Source of the DNA: a virus
Lineage: Duplodnaviria > Caudoviricetes
Length of the DNA stretch: 64,000 nt
Reading direction: 5' to 3' (one strand)
Virus record (IMG/VR): IMGVR_UViG_3300005611_002069
Coordinates: 8,238 to 72,237 of that record
This document shows positions 47,129 through 58,321 of this stretch, in pieces; position 1 is the stretch's first letter; the number at the start of each line of letters is the position of its first letter. The notes beneath the pieces are model-generated. The model had not been told where the DNA came from. It did no database searches and saw only the letters and a list, made by a program, of their open reading frames with translations. The position numbers and the translations under genes are program-made.

Positions 47129-48108
47129 GACATTTTTCCCCCTGCATTAAATTTTATGGTTTCCCCTGTCTCTAAGTTTTCTTCAATCTTCTCTCTACTA
47201 CTAAGTAGTTTACCACACTGCGCCTTACAAAGAGGAAACGCTCTCTCATATCCTGCTAGATACTTAGACAACTTAGTCCAATATTCATAACTCAGTATTT
47301 TCTCTAAAGAGTGATTAAAACCATTAAATACTTTTTCATAATCTTTTATGTAATAAAACCTAGTATTAGTTTCATCATAAAAATGTCCACCAGTCCAACA
47401 ACACCTAAAAACATTACCATCAGGAGCAATATACCATTTACCCCAATCTTGCCAGCTACAAATAATCTTTCGTTCTATGCTCTCAAGATTTATTTTTTTC
47501 TTAGCATGAACATATTTTCCACTTTTTGGAGCGCCAAATTCTCTAGAAGTTTTAATAGTAGAAAAAGTAGTAAAATTTGCATTTACTGCCCTTCTTCTGG
47601 CTTCTTCTACTTGATGCTTATTATGTTCAAAGACTATATACTTCCAATGAACTTTTGGTCTTTTAGTATTAATTACTGCTTTTGCATTATTAAATACTTT
47701 TTCATACTCTGTATTAATTCTATAAATATGATGAGTATCTTCTAAACCATCGATATCAAAGTTTATAATATCTTTTTCAGTTAGTATATTACCAATATCA
47801 GTCCAATAGTCTTGATTATGTATCCCACCATTAGTATGGATTAAAACTTTGGTATCATATGATTTTACATATGTAAGAATATCTCTAAAATCTTTATTCA
47901 TTATAGAATCACCAAAGTTTCCGTTAAACATTAGCCACTCTAAGTTTTGTAATAACTCAGGATAAAATAACTTTTTAAAGTTTTCTATAGAGATAGTATA
48001 TTTTTTATCATTAAGATTTATTCTTAAAGGTTTTAGCCTGTGACAAGCAGGACATTTAGCATTGCATCTAAATGTAATCTCTGTAGTCAGTTGTCTATAT
48101 TTTTTCAT
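47110..48108 (-). CDS. radical SAM enzyme with C-terminal Twitch/SPASM-type cysteines
   Basis: TFRCNAKCPAC, NGNFGDS, HTNGG, IDGL; C..DGNVFRCC..C..C. Confidence 0.88.
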   Translation of the reverse strand: MKKYRQLTTEITFRCNAKCPACHRLKPLRINLNDKKYTISIENFKKLFYPELLQNLEWLMFNGNFGDSIMNKDFRDILTYVKSYDTKVLIHTNGGIHNQDYWTDIGNILTEKDIINFDIDGLEDTHHIYRINTEYEKVFNNAKAVINTKRPKVHWKYIVFEHNKHQVEEARRRAVNANFTTFSTIKTSREFGAPKSGKYVHAKKKINLESIERKIICSWQDWGKWYIAPDGNVFRCCWTGGHFYDETNTRFYYIKDYEKVFNGFNHSLEKILSYEYWTKLSKYLAGYERAFPLCKAQCGKLLSSREKIEENLETGETIKFNAGGKMSWLTEL

Positions 48109-49478
48109 TAACTAGCGGGTCTTAATCCTACAATTGTTATAGTTAAACCAGCGGGGATAGATGTTTCAACATCTTTAAACTGTATAGTATCTCCAGGATT
48201 ATTATAAATATAATCTGTAGTGGGAGCTTGAGTAACACCGTCAATTGACACACTTAACACATTAGCTATGGCCACTAGAGCTACACCAACTCCGTAAGTA
48301 TTTGAATCTGCTATACTAGTAACCACGTTAGTGTGCGGAGCTAATAAAGTAGCTCCTCCAGTTATAGCAGCAACGTTATCTTGTACTATGTTAATGTTGG
48401 CAGTTGTAGAGTTTAGGTTTGAATTAAGTCTTGTAAAAGTAACAAAATCATTAGAAGCTGAGTCAGTAATTGCAATCTTAGAATCAATTTGTGTTTGTAG
48501 TGCAGAAGTTACCCCATCAAGGTGCCCAAGCTCAGTAGAAGTAACAGCGCTAACTTCTATCTTACCTCCAGAACCAGCTATCAAGGCTCTTGAAGCTGTT
48601 AGGTTAGTATTAAATACAGTGCTTATTGCCCCAGATCTATTATCAGTTATGGCGGTAGATAAATCTGTTCCATCAAATTTAACACTTGCAGCAGTTAATA
48701 TGCCAACATCTAAATTAGATTGTGTTACAGGTGATAATGCAGTATTAGAAAGAGGATCCTTAGTATCAGCTAGTTTAAAAGTAGTAGCACTCTCATCGTA
48801 AAAAATTGCTGCATTTCCTTGGTTACCTCTATTAAATAATAAGCCAACATCTAAAGTAGGGCTGCCAGTAGCACCTGATGCTAACATTATCATTCTATCT
48901 GCTACTGTGAGATCTGTTGTATCAACTGTGGTAGTTGTTCCGCTTACGGTTAAATTACCAGTGATTACAAGATCATCATTCATATTAACTTGATCTGTGA
49001 ATGTAGCTGAAGTTAAATTTGCAGCTCTTCTTGCTTCAAGTGCGTCTATCTGTGTTTGAACGGCAGAAGTAACTCCATCTAGATGTCCTAATTCTGTAGA
49101 GGTAATAACACTAACTTCAACTTTTCCACCAGTGCCTGCAATTAATGCTCTTGATGCAGTTAGGTCAGCTGTAGTAATAGTGCTTACAGCACCAGCAATA
49201 TTAGCTGCTCTTCTAGTTTCTATCGCCGTATCTTCTGCAGTTAATAGAGTATTATTTGCTGAACGTCTAGTTTCAACAGCGGCCACATTATCCTGTACTA
49301 TATCAACATTAGCATTAATTCTAACCTCAACTGCTGCAGCATTAGCTCCTGCATCTAACTGAGCCGCAGTAATAGTACCGTCTGCTATATGTCTACCTTC
49401 AACACTATTGTTTGCTAATAAAGAAGAGTTTATTAAATTACTAGCAACAACAGATCTACTTATTCGTGTAAGTGCCAT
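48108..49478 (-). CDS. fibre-like structural protein with internal repeat
   Basis: Ala/Thr/Asn-rich; ELGHLDGVTSAxQTQID coiled segments. Confidence 0.75.
   Translation of the reverse strand: MALTRISRSVVASNLINSSLLANNSVEGRHIADGTITAAQLDAGANAAAVEVRINANVDIVQDNVAAVETRRSANNTLLTAEDTAIETRRAANIAGAVSTITTADLTASRALIAGTGGKVEVSVITSTELGHLDGVTSAVQTQIDALEARRAANLTSATFTDQVNMNDDLVITGNLTVSGTTTTVDTTDLTVADRMIMLASGATGSPTLDVGLLFNRGNQGNAAIFYDESATTFKLADTKDPLSNTALSPVTQSNLDVGILTAASVKFDGTDLSTAITDNRSGAISTVFNTNLTASRALIAGSGGKIEVSAVTSTELGHLDGVTSALQTQIDSKIAITDSASNDFVTFTRLNSNLNSTTANINIVQDNVAAITGGATLLAPHTNVVTSIADSNTYGVGVALVAIANVLSVSIDGVTQAPTTDYIYNNPGDTIQFKDVETSIPAGLTITIVGLRPAS
48483..49193 (-). repeat. two 50-aa repeats (49044-49193 and 48483-48632)
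   Basis: GAVSTITTADLTASRALIAGTGGKVEVS..TSTELGHLDGVTSAVQTQID vs GAISTVFNTNLTASRALIAGSGGKIEVS..TSTELGHLDGVTSALQTQID. Confidence 0.85.
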
Positions 49479-49481
49479 ATC

Positions 49482-49949
49482 TTACTCCTTTTTATCGGGT
49501 TCCACTTCATCAATTTCAGCAAAAAACTCTTCTAAGAAATCTCTTTTCTCTAAAGGTTTTTCATCCTCATCATCAAAAAATTCTTTAATAAAAGATTCAA
49601 CCTGCTCATCAACAGATGGGGGAGCATTAAGATAATCAAACTCATTGTCTACGCAAGCTCGTTTTATAATTTCCATACACCATTTTTGATCTTCTTCATT
49701 GAGCATTTCTCTTTGTCCATCAATCCATTGAATCTCAGTATGAGGATTTTGTGATCCTGATTTTTCATAGTATATTCCTACAATATCTCCCGCTACCATT
49801 TCCTTTACTTTTGGAACAACCTCTGCCATTTTATCTAAACTAAATGACTTTAATTTTAAAGGACCTTTTCCATCTTTAGTAATTTCTCTGAACTCGCAGA
49901 ATACATTATCTGCATGAAGTTCGTCTATATGCATTTTATAATAAGACAT
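49482..49949 (-). CDS. hypothetical protein with acidic C-terminus (possible fibre assembly factor)
   Basis: between two fibre genes; GGAG SD. Confidence 0.6.
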   Translation of the reverse strand: MSYYKMHIDELHADNVFCEFREITKDGKGPLKLKSFSLDKMAEVVPKVKEMVAGDIVGIYYEKSGSQNPHTEIQWIDGQREMLNEEDQKWCMEIIKRACVDNEFDYLNAPPSVDEQVESFIKEFFDDEDEKPLEKRDFLEEFFAEIDEVEPDKKE

Positions 49950-49957
49950 TCTATCTC

Positions 49958-51187
49958 CTATGTTTTTATAATAAATTTAACGCCTTGAAAGGCTTGTGTG
50001 ACTGTGATACCACCAGTAGAACCACTCACACTAGTTACAACTGTTGAACTACCAGCGTCTTTTGAAGCTGTAGCCACTGATGATGTACCAACACTTAAAC
50101 TTAATGCTCCTCCTGATGCTGTTAAAACTCCTGAAGAGCCTATTGTAGTGCCAGAGGGTGAATAACCAACATTAGTTGCTTTACCTGCCGCTACTCTATC
50201 GCTAAAATTAGGCAAAGTAAAAGTGCTACTACCATCCCCAGCTCCAAAATTTGTACCTATTACTGCAAATAAAGCTGCATATGTAGTTCTACTTACAGTT
50301 CCTCCTTCACAACCTAACCAACCAGCAGGGGCTGAGTCTGCTCCGTACATAATTATTGTACCAGGAGGCATTAATGGTGCTACATCTGTAGCTGTATTCA
50401 TTATGGTTGCTTGAGAAAGCACTCTAGCAGCAACATTACCGTAAGTTTTACCGTCTTGTGTGAGGATATTTAATCCATCTTTTCCTGCACCAGCAATCGC
50501 ACCACTAGTTGTTCCATAATGAACAATAGAGGTATTAGCACTGTTAATAGTTCCAAGTGCAATCGCAGTTGGATTATTAGCTATGGCAGAAACTTTGATT
50601 TGAGCATTTGCCCCAGCTAAGCCTTTTGTACTATTAAAAGCAAAGTTAAGTCTATCACCTGTTATACCAGTTGTTGTACTAGTGGTTGCTTCAATCATTG
50701 CATTAGTAACGGAACCATTTAAAGGTGGTATACCGATATCAACAAAATCAGTGGCGGTATCAGTATTAGCTTTTTTTAGATAGAGTCTAGCATTAGCAGA
50801 CAATCCTCCAGCGGAACTAACAGTAGCAGCAAGCTCTCCTATCTCATAATGAGAGACATTAGACATCATAGACACAATGCCGTTCTCAAGTCTATGCCCA
50901 ATTCCTACTCGTGTAAAACCTGTGCCAACCGTTTGTGTTTTAATATGGTTTGCGTCAGCTACGAAAAAGGCAGTTACATTTGCATTTGAGTGTCTATAAA
51001 GTAAGCCAGTTTCAGGAGCTTGAGCTGTACCAGATCTAACAATATTACTACCTGATAATGAAGGCGCAGCTGCTCCCGCAAAATTGGTCAGCAAAGACCT
51101 AAGAGCATTATTGAACTGAGTTCGTGCAGTACTAATACTAGTTGCTGCAGTAGGTTCAACAAAGGTGTTTGAGTCTAGTAATGTCAT
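49958..51187 (-). CDS. tail fibre protein with tail-collar domain
   Basis: PPGTIIMYG..APAGWLGCEG..SRTTYAALFAVIGT.FGAGDGSSTFTLP. Confidence 0.85.
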   Translation of the reverse strand: MTLLDSNTFVEPTAATSISTARTQFNNALRSLLTNFAGAAAPSLSGSNIVRSGTAQAPETGLLYRHSNANVTAFFVADANHIKTQTVGTGFTRVGIGHRLENGIVSMMSNVSHYEIGELAATVSSAGGLSANARLYLKKANTDTATDFVDIGIPPLNGSVTNAMIEATTSTTTGITGDRLNFAFNSTKGLAGANAQIKVSAIANNPTAIALGTINSANTSIVHYGTTSGAIAGAGKDGLNILTQDGKTYGNVAARVLSQATIMNTATDVAPLMPPGTIIMYGADSAPAGWLGCEGGTVSRTTYAALFAVIGTNFGAGDGSSTFTLPNFSDRVAAGKATNVGYSPSGTTIGSSGVLTASGGALSLSVGTSSVATASKDAGSSTVVTSVSGSTGGITVTQAFQGVKFIIKT

Positions 51188-51188
51188 T

Positions 51189-54100
51189 TTATATTCCCGT
51201 TGCTGTCAATGCGACTGATATTGCACCATCAGCAGGTGCTACCGCATCAGCTCCAATATCAAATACTCTATACGCCACATGATCTTTAGTAACCTCAACA
51301 GTAAGTACAACAGCTGCATTGGCAAAATTTATCGGCTGTAAAGATACAGTCGGTGTTAAACCAAAATTTGCAGATGTCATATCAACAAACTGCGTAGCAT
51401 TACTAAAAGTTGATGTATCAGTAAAAGTTGTTGTAGTCTTCTCTATACTAACTCTAAATTTATCGAGTGTAAAGTCAAATTCATTTGGAGATGAGTTGAG
51501 TACCACAAATTTTAATTGATAAAATCTAAACTGACGGGATCCAACCTCGTAAGGTAAAAAACCATCATTAATCGAAGAAGAAGTAAAAGCACTTACATTA
51601 ACGTTTCCATTTGATACTCCTGCACCTGTGTAAAATAATACATCAGGATCTGCGCTAGAGGTCCTTATGAAAGTTTGTTGAGTTATCGCTGTAGCGGAAC
51701 CAGCAAAAGTTGTGGAGGCTTCGTCTTGATACTGTCTTAAGTTAACTAGTTTATAATTATTAACTCCACTATTTGCCGTAGTAACGTTAGCAAAGGCATT
51801 ACCTCCAGTAGAATCTCCATTTGCATGAAAAGTTTCCCCTAGTTCAATCTCATTCGCATTGATGGCACCAGCTATAAAAGCCATAGCATTAGCATTTGCT
51901 CTGTCACCTTGGTCTAATACTCCTCCACTTACATAAGTACTAAAACCACTAGAGTTTAAACCAGTGCTTCCTCCTGAATCAGTGAATATATTTAATGTTG
52001 TTGCATTAACTCTAGTTGCGTATACTTCTCTTTCATTAATCTCAGTCATGCCACTAACACCATGAATTATAATACGCTCAGTTCCAGTAATTCCATGCTC
52101 AGAGCCAGAAGTTGTAATCACAGCAGGGTTAGCTTTTGTTATAGCTTGAATCGAAATAACATTACCAGTATATTGTCCAGGATTTACGATTGCATACACA
52201 TTTTGTGATGTCGTTGAATCGACAAGTGTTTCATTATTTGTATCAAAACTGAAAGATAAAGTTGTATTACTGAAACCTAATACAGTGCCTAAGCCTCCAA
52301 AGTTAGTTTCTCTTAACACATTGTCTTTAGGACTACTTTGTACCTCTGTGGCTCCAGTTAGTATGTCGTCTGTAAAATCATTAAAAGTAGTTTTAGCAGC
52401 TGATGTACCTTGTATATCAGCCTGTACAGATCCTGTAATAACTGCACCCATGTCTCTAATTGGAGTAATATATGTCGCATCACCACCAGCAGTTAAATCA
52501 GAGACGGCTAAGCCAGCATTGTACGACCACCCAGTAGCAGAGGCATTAGCATTATCTGCAGCAGTTGAAGGAGTAGCAGCAACGTTAAGTCCTCCCGAAT
52601 TAGTGTCAGTAACACTAACAAAAGCTGCTTCAGAAGCATTTTCATTGGCTATACCAGCAAATTGAACAGAAGGGCTATCAGTATTAAACGCTTTAAATAC
52701 CGTTTTTCCTCCTGGTCTAAATGTTGTTAAAGTAGTAATAGCAATGTCATCACTAAAATTTCCTGAGGTATCACGAGTTTTTGCAAGATATGTAAAATCA
52801 CCAAAAGCATCAATAGGACTAGATTTACGAGATACACCTGCTGCAACTGTTAAAAAAGGATTGGCTGCGTTAAAATTCTCTTCAGTTGCCGTGCGAATAC
52901 CTCCTATACGTCTTATCACTACTTCTTTTAAATCTAAATCAACTAGATCACCTGTTGCTTGACGTGGGTATTGCCAAAATAAGGTAAGTTGTTCTTCAGA
53001 TTGTCCAGCACCAAAATCAGTAATATTTTGTGGTTTAGCTGTTTTTCCTATTATAAGTTTTTCTGCTGTTGCAGTTATTCCTCTTATATTTTTATTAAGA
53101 GGTGTGATTCTTACAAATAAAGTTATTGTGCTTCCTACAACGCCTCTATCAATATTATTTATGACATGAGTAATTTGTCCTGCATCATCAACATTATTAG
53201 CAGGAACTTTAACTGTAGAAAAACTACTTAAATCTGTATTATCTGTATTATTAGTACGATATGAAATTTCATAATCAGTTACTTCTTGATTAACTACGTG
53301 ATTAAATTTGATTATAGCACGTGTAGCAACACCACCTAATTGTTCTACATATAAACCTTCAGTAATTGAAATATTTTGAACCTTTTGAATAGGTATCTCT
53401 CCAATAGAAACACTCTTTGTTACACTAGGGCTGAATCTTCCTGTAAGGTTTCTATTCCTAGCTTTTACAGTAGTAGTGCCTATAGGTATATCTCTTATAA
53501 TTCTATCTTTTGCTAAAAAAGTTTTTTCAAACTCACCACCAACATTCAGTTGATATATTTGATTATTAGCTAATCTAAAATTACCAGGATAAGTTCCTCT
53601 ATCATAGTCGAGAGTAAAAGTTTTATCTCCAGTATTCACATTACCTATAGCTCCGACAGGGTCTTGAGCAAGGTTAACCATAGTTACGCCAGTAAGATTA
53701 GCTACTGGCGTAGTCAATAATTCTACCTGATAAATATTATTAGCGGTCATTTCAGCATTGTAAGTTGGGCTAGCAGGGTCATAACTAGTGTTTGCCACAG
53801 TAAAAATATTCTGAGTTTCAAACTGCACATTATCACCTATCTCAATAGCTGGTACAGTATAATGATCTATTTCTACTCTTATTTGACTTTCATCACTCGC
53901 TGCGGTAACTTGTATAGTAGCAGGTGTTGATACTCTATCTAGTGTGAAGTTCTGAGTTTCAATATTATCTAAAAATACTCTTACAAAAGCTGCATCTCTA
54001 GGAGTAATTGGTAAAGGCTCTGTATGGGTGCTTCCTCCTACAAAAGCATTTTCTTGGGTGTAAGTAAATTCTGAACCACCGACATAAAAGTTTGCTCTAC

Positions 54101-57100
54101 TATTAAAATATCTCGAATCCAATATTTGAAATATCTCAATATAAAATGGAGTATTAAGCAATTTACTACCAAGATCAACGCCATTTGTAATAGGATTATC
54201 AATATAAATAAAGTTATTTGGTCTATCAGCAAAACGTATATTAGCAGATAAACCAGTTAATTCTGGCCCAGCAGCTACAAAGTTTCTTGATCCTCCTGTT
54301 TGTTGTACAGAAATCGGTACAGTTACAGCATCGTGTCCTTTTAGTCCTTGGAAAATACCATCTGCTAACCCATCATTTACATCTAAAAGAAACTTAGGCT
54401 CACCACTTGCAATAAAATTATAATCAGTAAGAACATTCATACCTTCAACTTGTAATCTTAAATTATCAACTGCACTTGTTCCATGAGTAGCACCTGAAAT
54501 TACAGAATTACATAATAACCTAATTTTACCTGTTAAACTATCAAACCCGTTTTTACCGATTAATGCAGCAGGACCGTCGCCATCTTCTATAGCAGTAATA
54601 TCAGAGGCGTTAAATTTTATAGTGCTTCCGTCATCACTAACTAATGAGGGTATTAGTTGAGATTCGTCTGGAAGAGAAATAAAATACTCTGTCTCAAACT
54701 GGATACCATAATTCTGACTTTCAGTAAAATTTTCTACAATTAAATCAACCCTCACTGACCCATCTTGCTCTCTAGTAGGTACTGAACGTAAACTAAAGAC
54801 AGGAGCAGGAGGTGCGATTAATGGTGATTTAGTATCTAAATATGCTGTTGGGGTATAATCAATAAAAGTATCTGAATCTACGTATATATTAGATACATAC
54901 TCTATAGCTGATACTGTTACTTCTTCTTCTTTTGGGTCACGTGAAAGTGAAGTGATTTTAAATAGTTTATCTGTTTTATTTGTGTAAAACTGGTCTGGGT
55001 TATCCCATTCTCCAAAGCTCCACAAATCTCCTCTTTTTGGTAGATTATTAGAAGTAAATTGGTTAAAATTCACTAGAGTTTTAGTAATCGGATCATATCG
55101 TTTATCTATTCTAACTTCAATTAAATCTGCGCCTGCACTAACATTACCTGTACTATTAACTGCAAATAAGGTATTTGAAAGAATATATAAATCAATTCTA
55201 TCTCCATCAAGTTGTATAACTCTTAAAGCTAATGGTGAAGTATTACCTGTAAAATCTGTAGCAGCAATAGTAGGGACAGTTAAATGCTCTAACATTAAAT
55301 TAGAACCTAGGCTTAAGGTTGTGTTGGCGTCTCTAGCAATCTTACCTCCATAACCAAAAGCAACACCAATCTGTCTTTGGGCTAAAGATATGACATCACC
55401 AGGAGCGAGTGCTAAAGCATCTGTAGAAGTAATAAAGTCAACTTTTCGTCTTTGAAATCTAGAAGCAGCTATTTGGTATTGTGCATATCTAAGAGCTTGA
55501 GACCGTCTAGTAACTCCAAATAAATCAAGAGAAGCAATATTTTCAATTATACTACGATCTGTACCATCATTAGCATCAACAGTGTCTATTCTTACTGTTT
55601 CCCTTTTAAAATGATTTGTTGGGTCAACGTATGATACGTCTACACCAGTAAAAATCTCGCTCTCTTTAACTCCAGAGATGTTTAGGGAGCCTGTTTTAAT
55701 ATTTGTCTCATTAAAAAGCGCAACTGGTGTTTCGTCAGGTAAGTCAACAGCTAAAGTAATCTTACCTCCAGAATATACTAAAGCAGCTCTAATTGACGCA
55801 GCCATTTGATTTAACACATCTAATGCTTGTCCTTGATCTTGTATGACTCCATTGAATGTAAAGCGTCTTTCAATTATTTTAGTGCCTTCAGGTATTCCAA
55901 TTAAAGTTTCTCTAACAGCTGTGAATAAACCTCTAGGTTTATGTCTAAATGTTCCATCAGCTAAACCTTCAACACCAATAAATGCTCCAGTTGCATCATC
56001 ACAAGCATCACAATATTTAGCTACCCTATGAAATTTAAATTTATCAATATTTGCTTCATCAACCCCTAATCCATATGTTTTGTTAGTTAAGATATCATAC
56101 ATTATCCATACAGGGTTCTGAGTCCATGAATATACAAATTCACCGTCCCATGGACCTATATATAGTATAGGATTAGCAGTTAAAAGTTTAGTGCTTGGGC
56201 CTTGGCTCTGTAAACTATAGCCGTTTCCAAAATAACTTAAGTCACCTGAACTTGGATTCTCTAATTCTCTCCAATCAATCTCACCACTTGTTAATATTGG
56301 TTGATTATAGTTAGTAGGAACTTTTACTATAAGTCCTTTAACTAACGAAGTAAAGTTAGGAACTCCTCCAGTGTGTTCAGCAAAAGCCTTTAAGGCGTAA
56401 CCAATATGAGCAGTTCTGGGGTATGCTTGTGGTTGATTTTCAATCTCAAACCAGCCAATGCTTTGTATAGTTTCTTGAACTTTAGAGCTGTCTGAGTCAT
56501 CAGAAGTTTTTTCTATAGTGAATTTGTAACCGTTAGCACTTTGTGAAACAGCAGGTATTGTAATATCTACTGTAAATTTAAAAGGACTATTAGTCTTACC
56601 TCTAATAGTTTTATCAACAGTTCTTATAATAGTGCTACCTGTGCTATCAAATAAAGTAATTCTTATAGATATTGCTCTCTGAACAATATCACCATTATCT
56701 TTGGACTCTTGAAGAGCGCTAATTACAAATGCAAATTTAATTTGATCCCAGTCATTTGCACTAGTCGATTGTAAAAATATTCTTGATTGTGGTACACCAG
56801 CTACATTACCTTTTTTAAGTGTGACAGGTGAAGAGAAATTTTGAGGGCCAACTGTCTGTTCCCCAAAAACTGGTAAAGGTTGTTGAGTTACAGTACCTGT
56901 ATTAGTAGCAGTTCTAAAAAATTCTGTATTTTCCTGTCCATCTCCATCAATATTAATCATATCATCAATATTGCCGTCATTAACTTCAATATCTTGAGGA
57001 CCATTAGGGTTTATTCTATACATCGGCCCTTCACCTAATGCAGAGGTTACGAATAGAATATCAGTAGAAAATAAGTTATTTGGATCTTCTTTTCCGCCTT

Positions 57101-57587
57101 GAGATCCCGACTTGCCGCCACCTTTATTATGTACTCGTAAATTCTCAGCTATATAAGTTTGAGTTTCAGAAACTGTAAAAGTATAAACAGGAGCATCTGG
57201 TAGCGTTACAATGCTTAAAATAGTAGAAGGAGTACCATTCTGCAGAACTAACTCCTCTCCAAGTTTAAATTCTTGCATCTCCTTAAATAAACCATCAGAA
57301 CCCATCATCCAATGATTAGGAGTAACATCAACTGTTCCGTGTTGGTGTTTTACTCTTATTACATTGTCTATTTCATGAAAAAAAACTTCAGTCACAGTAG
57401 CAGGACCAAGTTCTCCATATTTTTTGAAACTCCATACTATATCAGACGGTGATATATCTTTAATATCTTTAAAAGTACCGTCAGCCATAGTAATCATAGT
57501 ACCTGCAGGAAAACACCCTTTAGAGCCAAAAATAGAAGGTACACTTTTTCCTTGATACTGTACGTAATGTCTATTAATCATAGCCAT
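51189..57587 (-). CDS. central tail fibre/tip protein J (lambda gpJ-like) with N-terminal Hint domain
   Basis: EDPNNLFS..GEGP, YPRTA, WTQNPVWIMYDILT..YGLG, RFTFNG, LAPGDVI. Confidence 0.92.
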   Translation of the reverse strand: MAMINRHYVQYQGKSVPSIFGSKGCFPAGTMITMADGTFKDIKDISPSDIVWSFKKYGELGPATVTEVFFHEIDNVIRVKHQHGTVDVTPNHWMMGSDGLFKEMQEFKLGEELVLQNGTPSTILSIVTLPDAPVYTFTVSETQTYIAENLRVHNKGGGKSGSQGGKEDPNNLFSTDILFVTSALGEGPMYRINPNGPQDIEVNDGNIDDMINIDGDGQENTEFFRTATNTGTVTQQPLPVFGEQTVGPQNFSSPVTLKKGNVAGVPQSRIFLQSTSANDWDQIKFAFVISALQESKDNGDIVQRAISIRITLFDSTGSTIIRTVDKTIRGKTNSPFKFTVDITIPAVSQSANGYKFTIEKTSDDSDSSKVQETIQSIGWFEIENQPQAYPRTAHIGYALKAFAEHTGGVPNFTSLVKGLIVKVPTNYNQPILTSGEIDWRELENPSSGDLSYFGNGYSLQSQGPSTKLLTANPILYIGPWDGEFVYSWTQNPVWIMYDILTNKTYGLGVDEANIDKFKFHRVAKYCDACDDATGAFIGVEGLADGTFRHKPRGLFTAVRETLIGIPEGTKIIERRFTFNGVIQDQGQALDVLNQMAASIRAALVYSGGKITLAVDLPDETPVALFNETNIKTGSLNISGVKESEIFTGVDVSYVDPTNHFKRETVRIDTVDANDGTDRSIIENIASLDLFGVTRRSQALRYAQYQIAASRFQRRKVDFITSTDALALAPGDVISLAQRQIGVAFGYGGKIARDANTTLSLGSNLMLEHLTVPTIAATDFTGNTSPLALRVIQLDGDRIDLYILSNTLFAVNSTGNVSAGADLIEVRIDKRYDPITKTLVNFNQFTSNNLPKRGDLWSFGEWDNPDQFYTNKTDKLFKITSLSRDPKEEEVTVSAIEYVSNIYVDSDTFIDYTPTAYLDTKSPLIAPPAPVFSLRSVPTREQDGSVRVDLIVENFTESQNYGIQFETEYFISLPDESQLIPSLVSDDGSTIKFNASDITAIEDGDGPAALIGKNGFDSLTGKIRLLCNSVISGATHGTSAVDNLRLQVEGMNVLTDYNFIASGEPKFLLDVNDGLADGIFQGLKGHDAVTVPISVQQTGGSRNFVAAGPELTGLSANIRFADRPNNFIYIDNPITNGVDLGSKLLNTPFYIEIFQILDSRYFNSRANFYVGGSEFTYTQENAFVGGSTHTEPLPITPRDAAFVRVFLDNIETQNFTLDRVSTPATIQVTAASDESQIRVEIDHYTVPAIEIGDNVQFETQNIFTVANTSYDPASPTYNAEMTANNIYQVELLTTPVANLTGVTMVNLAQDPVGAIGNVNTGDKTFTLDYDRGTYPGNFRLANNQIYQLNVGGEFEKTFLAKDRIIRDIPIGTTTVKARNRNLTGRFSPSVTKSVSIGEIPIQKVQNISITEGLYVEQLGGVATRAIIKFNHVVNQEVTDYEISYRTNNTDNTDLSSFSTVKVPANNVDDAGQITHVINNIDRGVVGSTITLFVRITPLNKNIRGITATAEKLIIGKTAKPQNITDFGAGQSEEQLTLFWQYPRQATGDLVDLDLKEVVIRRIGGIRTATEENFNAANPFLTVAAGVSRKSSPIDAFGDFTYLAKTRDTSGNFSDDIAITTLTTFRPGGKTVFKAFNTDSPSVQFAGIANENASEAAFVSVTDTNSGGLNVAATPSTAADNANASATGWSYNAGLAVSDLTAGGDATYITPIRDMGAVITGSVQADIQGTSAAKTTFNDFTDDILTGATEVQSSPKDNVLRETNFGGLGTVLGFSNTTLSFSFDTNNETLVDSTTSQNVYAIVNPGQYTGNVISIQAITKANPAVITTSGSEHGITGTERIIIHGVSGMTEINEREVYATRVNATTLNIFTDSGGSTGLNSSGFSTYVSGGVLDQGDRANANAMAFIAGAINANEIELGETFHANGDSTGGNAFANVTTANSGVNNYKLVNLRQYQDEASTTFAGSATAITQQTFIRTSSADPDVLFYTGAGVSNGNVNVSAFTSSSINDGFLPYEVGSRQFRFYQLKFVVLNSSPNEFDFTLDKFRVSIEKTTTTFTDTSTFSNATQFVDMTSANFGLTPTVSLQPINFANAAVVLTVEVTKDHVAYRVFDIGADAVAPADGAISVALTATGI
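57126..57515 (-). other. 130-aa Hint (intein/BIL-like) domain, no endonuclease, +1 residue Lys
   Basis: CFPAGT block A, VTPNH block B, VYTFTV..YIAENLRVHN blocks F/G. Confidence 0.9.
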
Positions 57588-58321
57588 TAGAATTGATCTC
57601 CTACTCTAATAACATCACTTTTACCATGTGAAGTTGTATTTAGATAACCAGAAACAAATTGACCTGCAACTCGGGTTTCTCCATAAACTAGTGCTATAGG
57701 AGTACCGCTCTCGGTTGTATTTTGAAGAGAACCAAACATATCACTACCTCTTGTAGAGCTATCTACTTGTTCTGCCATTTTTGGTTTTTTGGTAAATATG
57801 CTTGAAAGTACACTAAGGGCTAAGTTTCCTATTATTGAACGGGCAAATGACGCTCCTAAACCACTTCCTGATAAAGCACCTGTCATTCCTGAAAAAGCTG
57901 TCCCAACACTTGATAATCCCGCACTATAGGTTGCTGCAAAACCTGCACCACCTGCACCAGCAGCTAATCCAATAGCATACGGAGCTACAATAGCCACAGC
58001 TGCTAATAGTAAAAAACCGCGTTTACCTCCGCCGCCTGTAATCAAGGGCACAACGTAAATAACTTCATCATTTTTTACCTTTTTAAGGGGAAACTCAGTT
58101 GGACGAAGTATTTTAAAATTTTCATCAACAAGAGCTATTCCCTCATCAATTTTACCCTCTTTTATCTTATTACTATACGTGGCAAACTCTTTAAATGAGT
58201 TTGATAAATAAACGATAACTTCATCATAAGTATTTATATTTACTTGAAGTGACTTTATATCCGCCGTATGTTTGCGTAAAGTAGAATGTATCTTAATCGT
58301 TGCCAAGGTGTTTACTCTCAA
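57587..58321 (-). CDS. tail assembly protein I (ubiquitin/MoaD-like fold + hydrophobic tail)
   Basis: IYVVPLITGGGG, Gly/Ala-rich segment, GTPIALVYGETRVAGQFVS. Confidence 0.85.
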   Translation of the reverse strand: MRVNTLATIKIHSTLRKHTADIKSLQVNINTYDEVIVYLSNSFKEFATYSNKIKEGKIDEGIALVDENFKILRPTEFPLKKVKNDEVIYVVPLITGGGGKRGFLLLAAVAIVAPYAIGLAAGAGGAGFAATYSAGLSSVGTAFSGMTGALSGSGLGASFARSIIGNLALSVLSSIFTKKPKMAEQVDSSTRGSDMFGSLQNTTESGTPIALVYGETRVAGQFVSGYLNTTSHGKSDVIRVGDQF

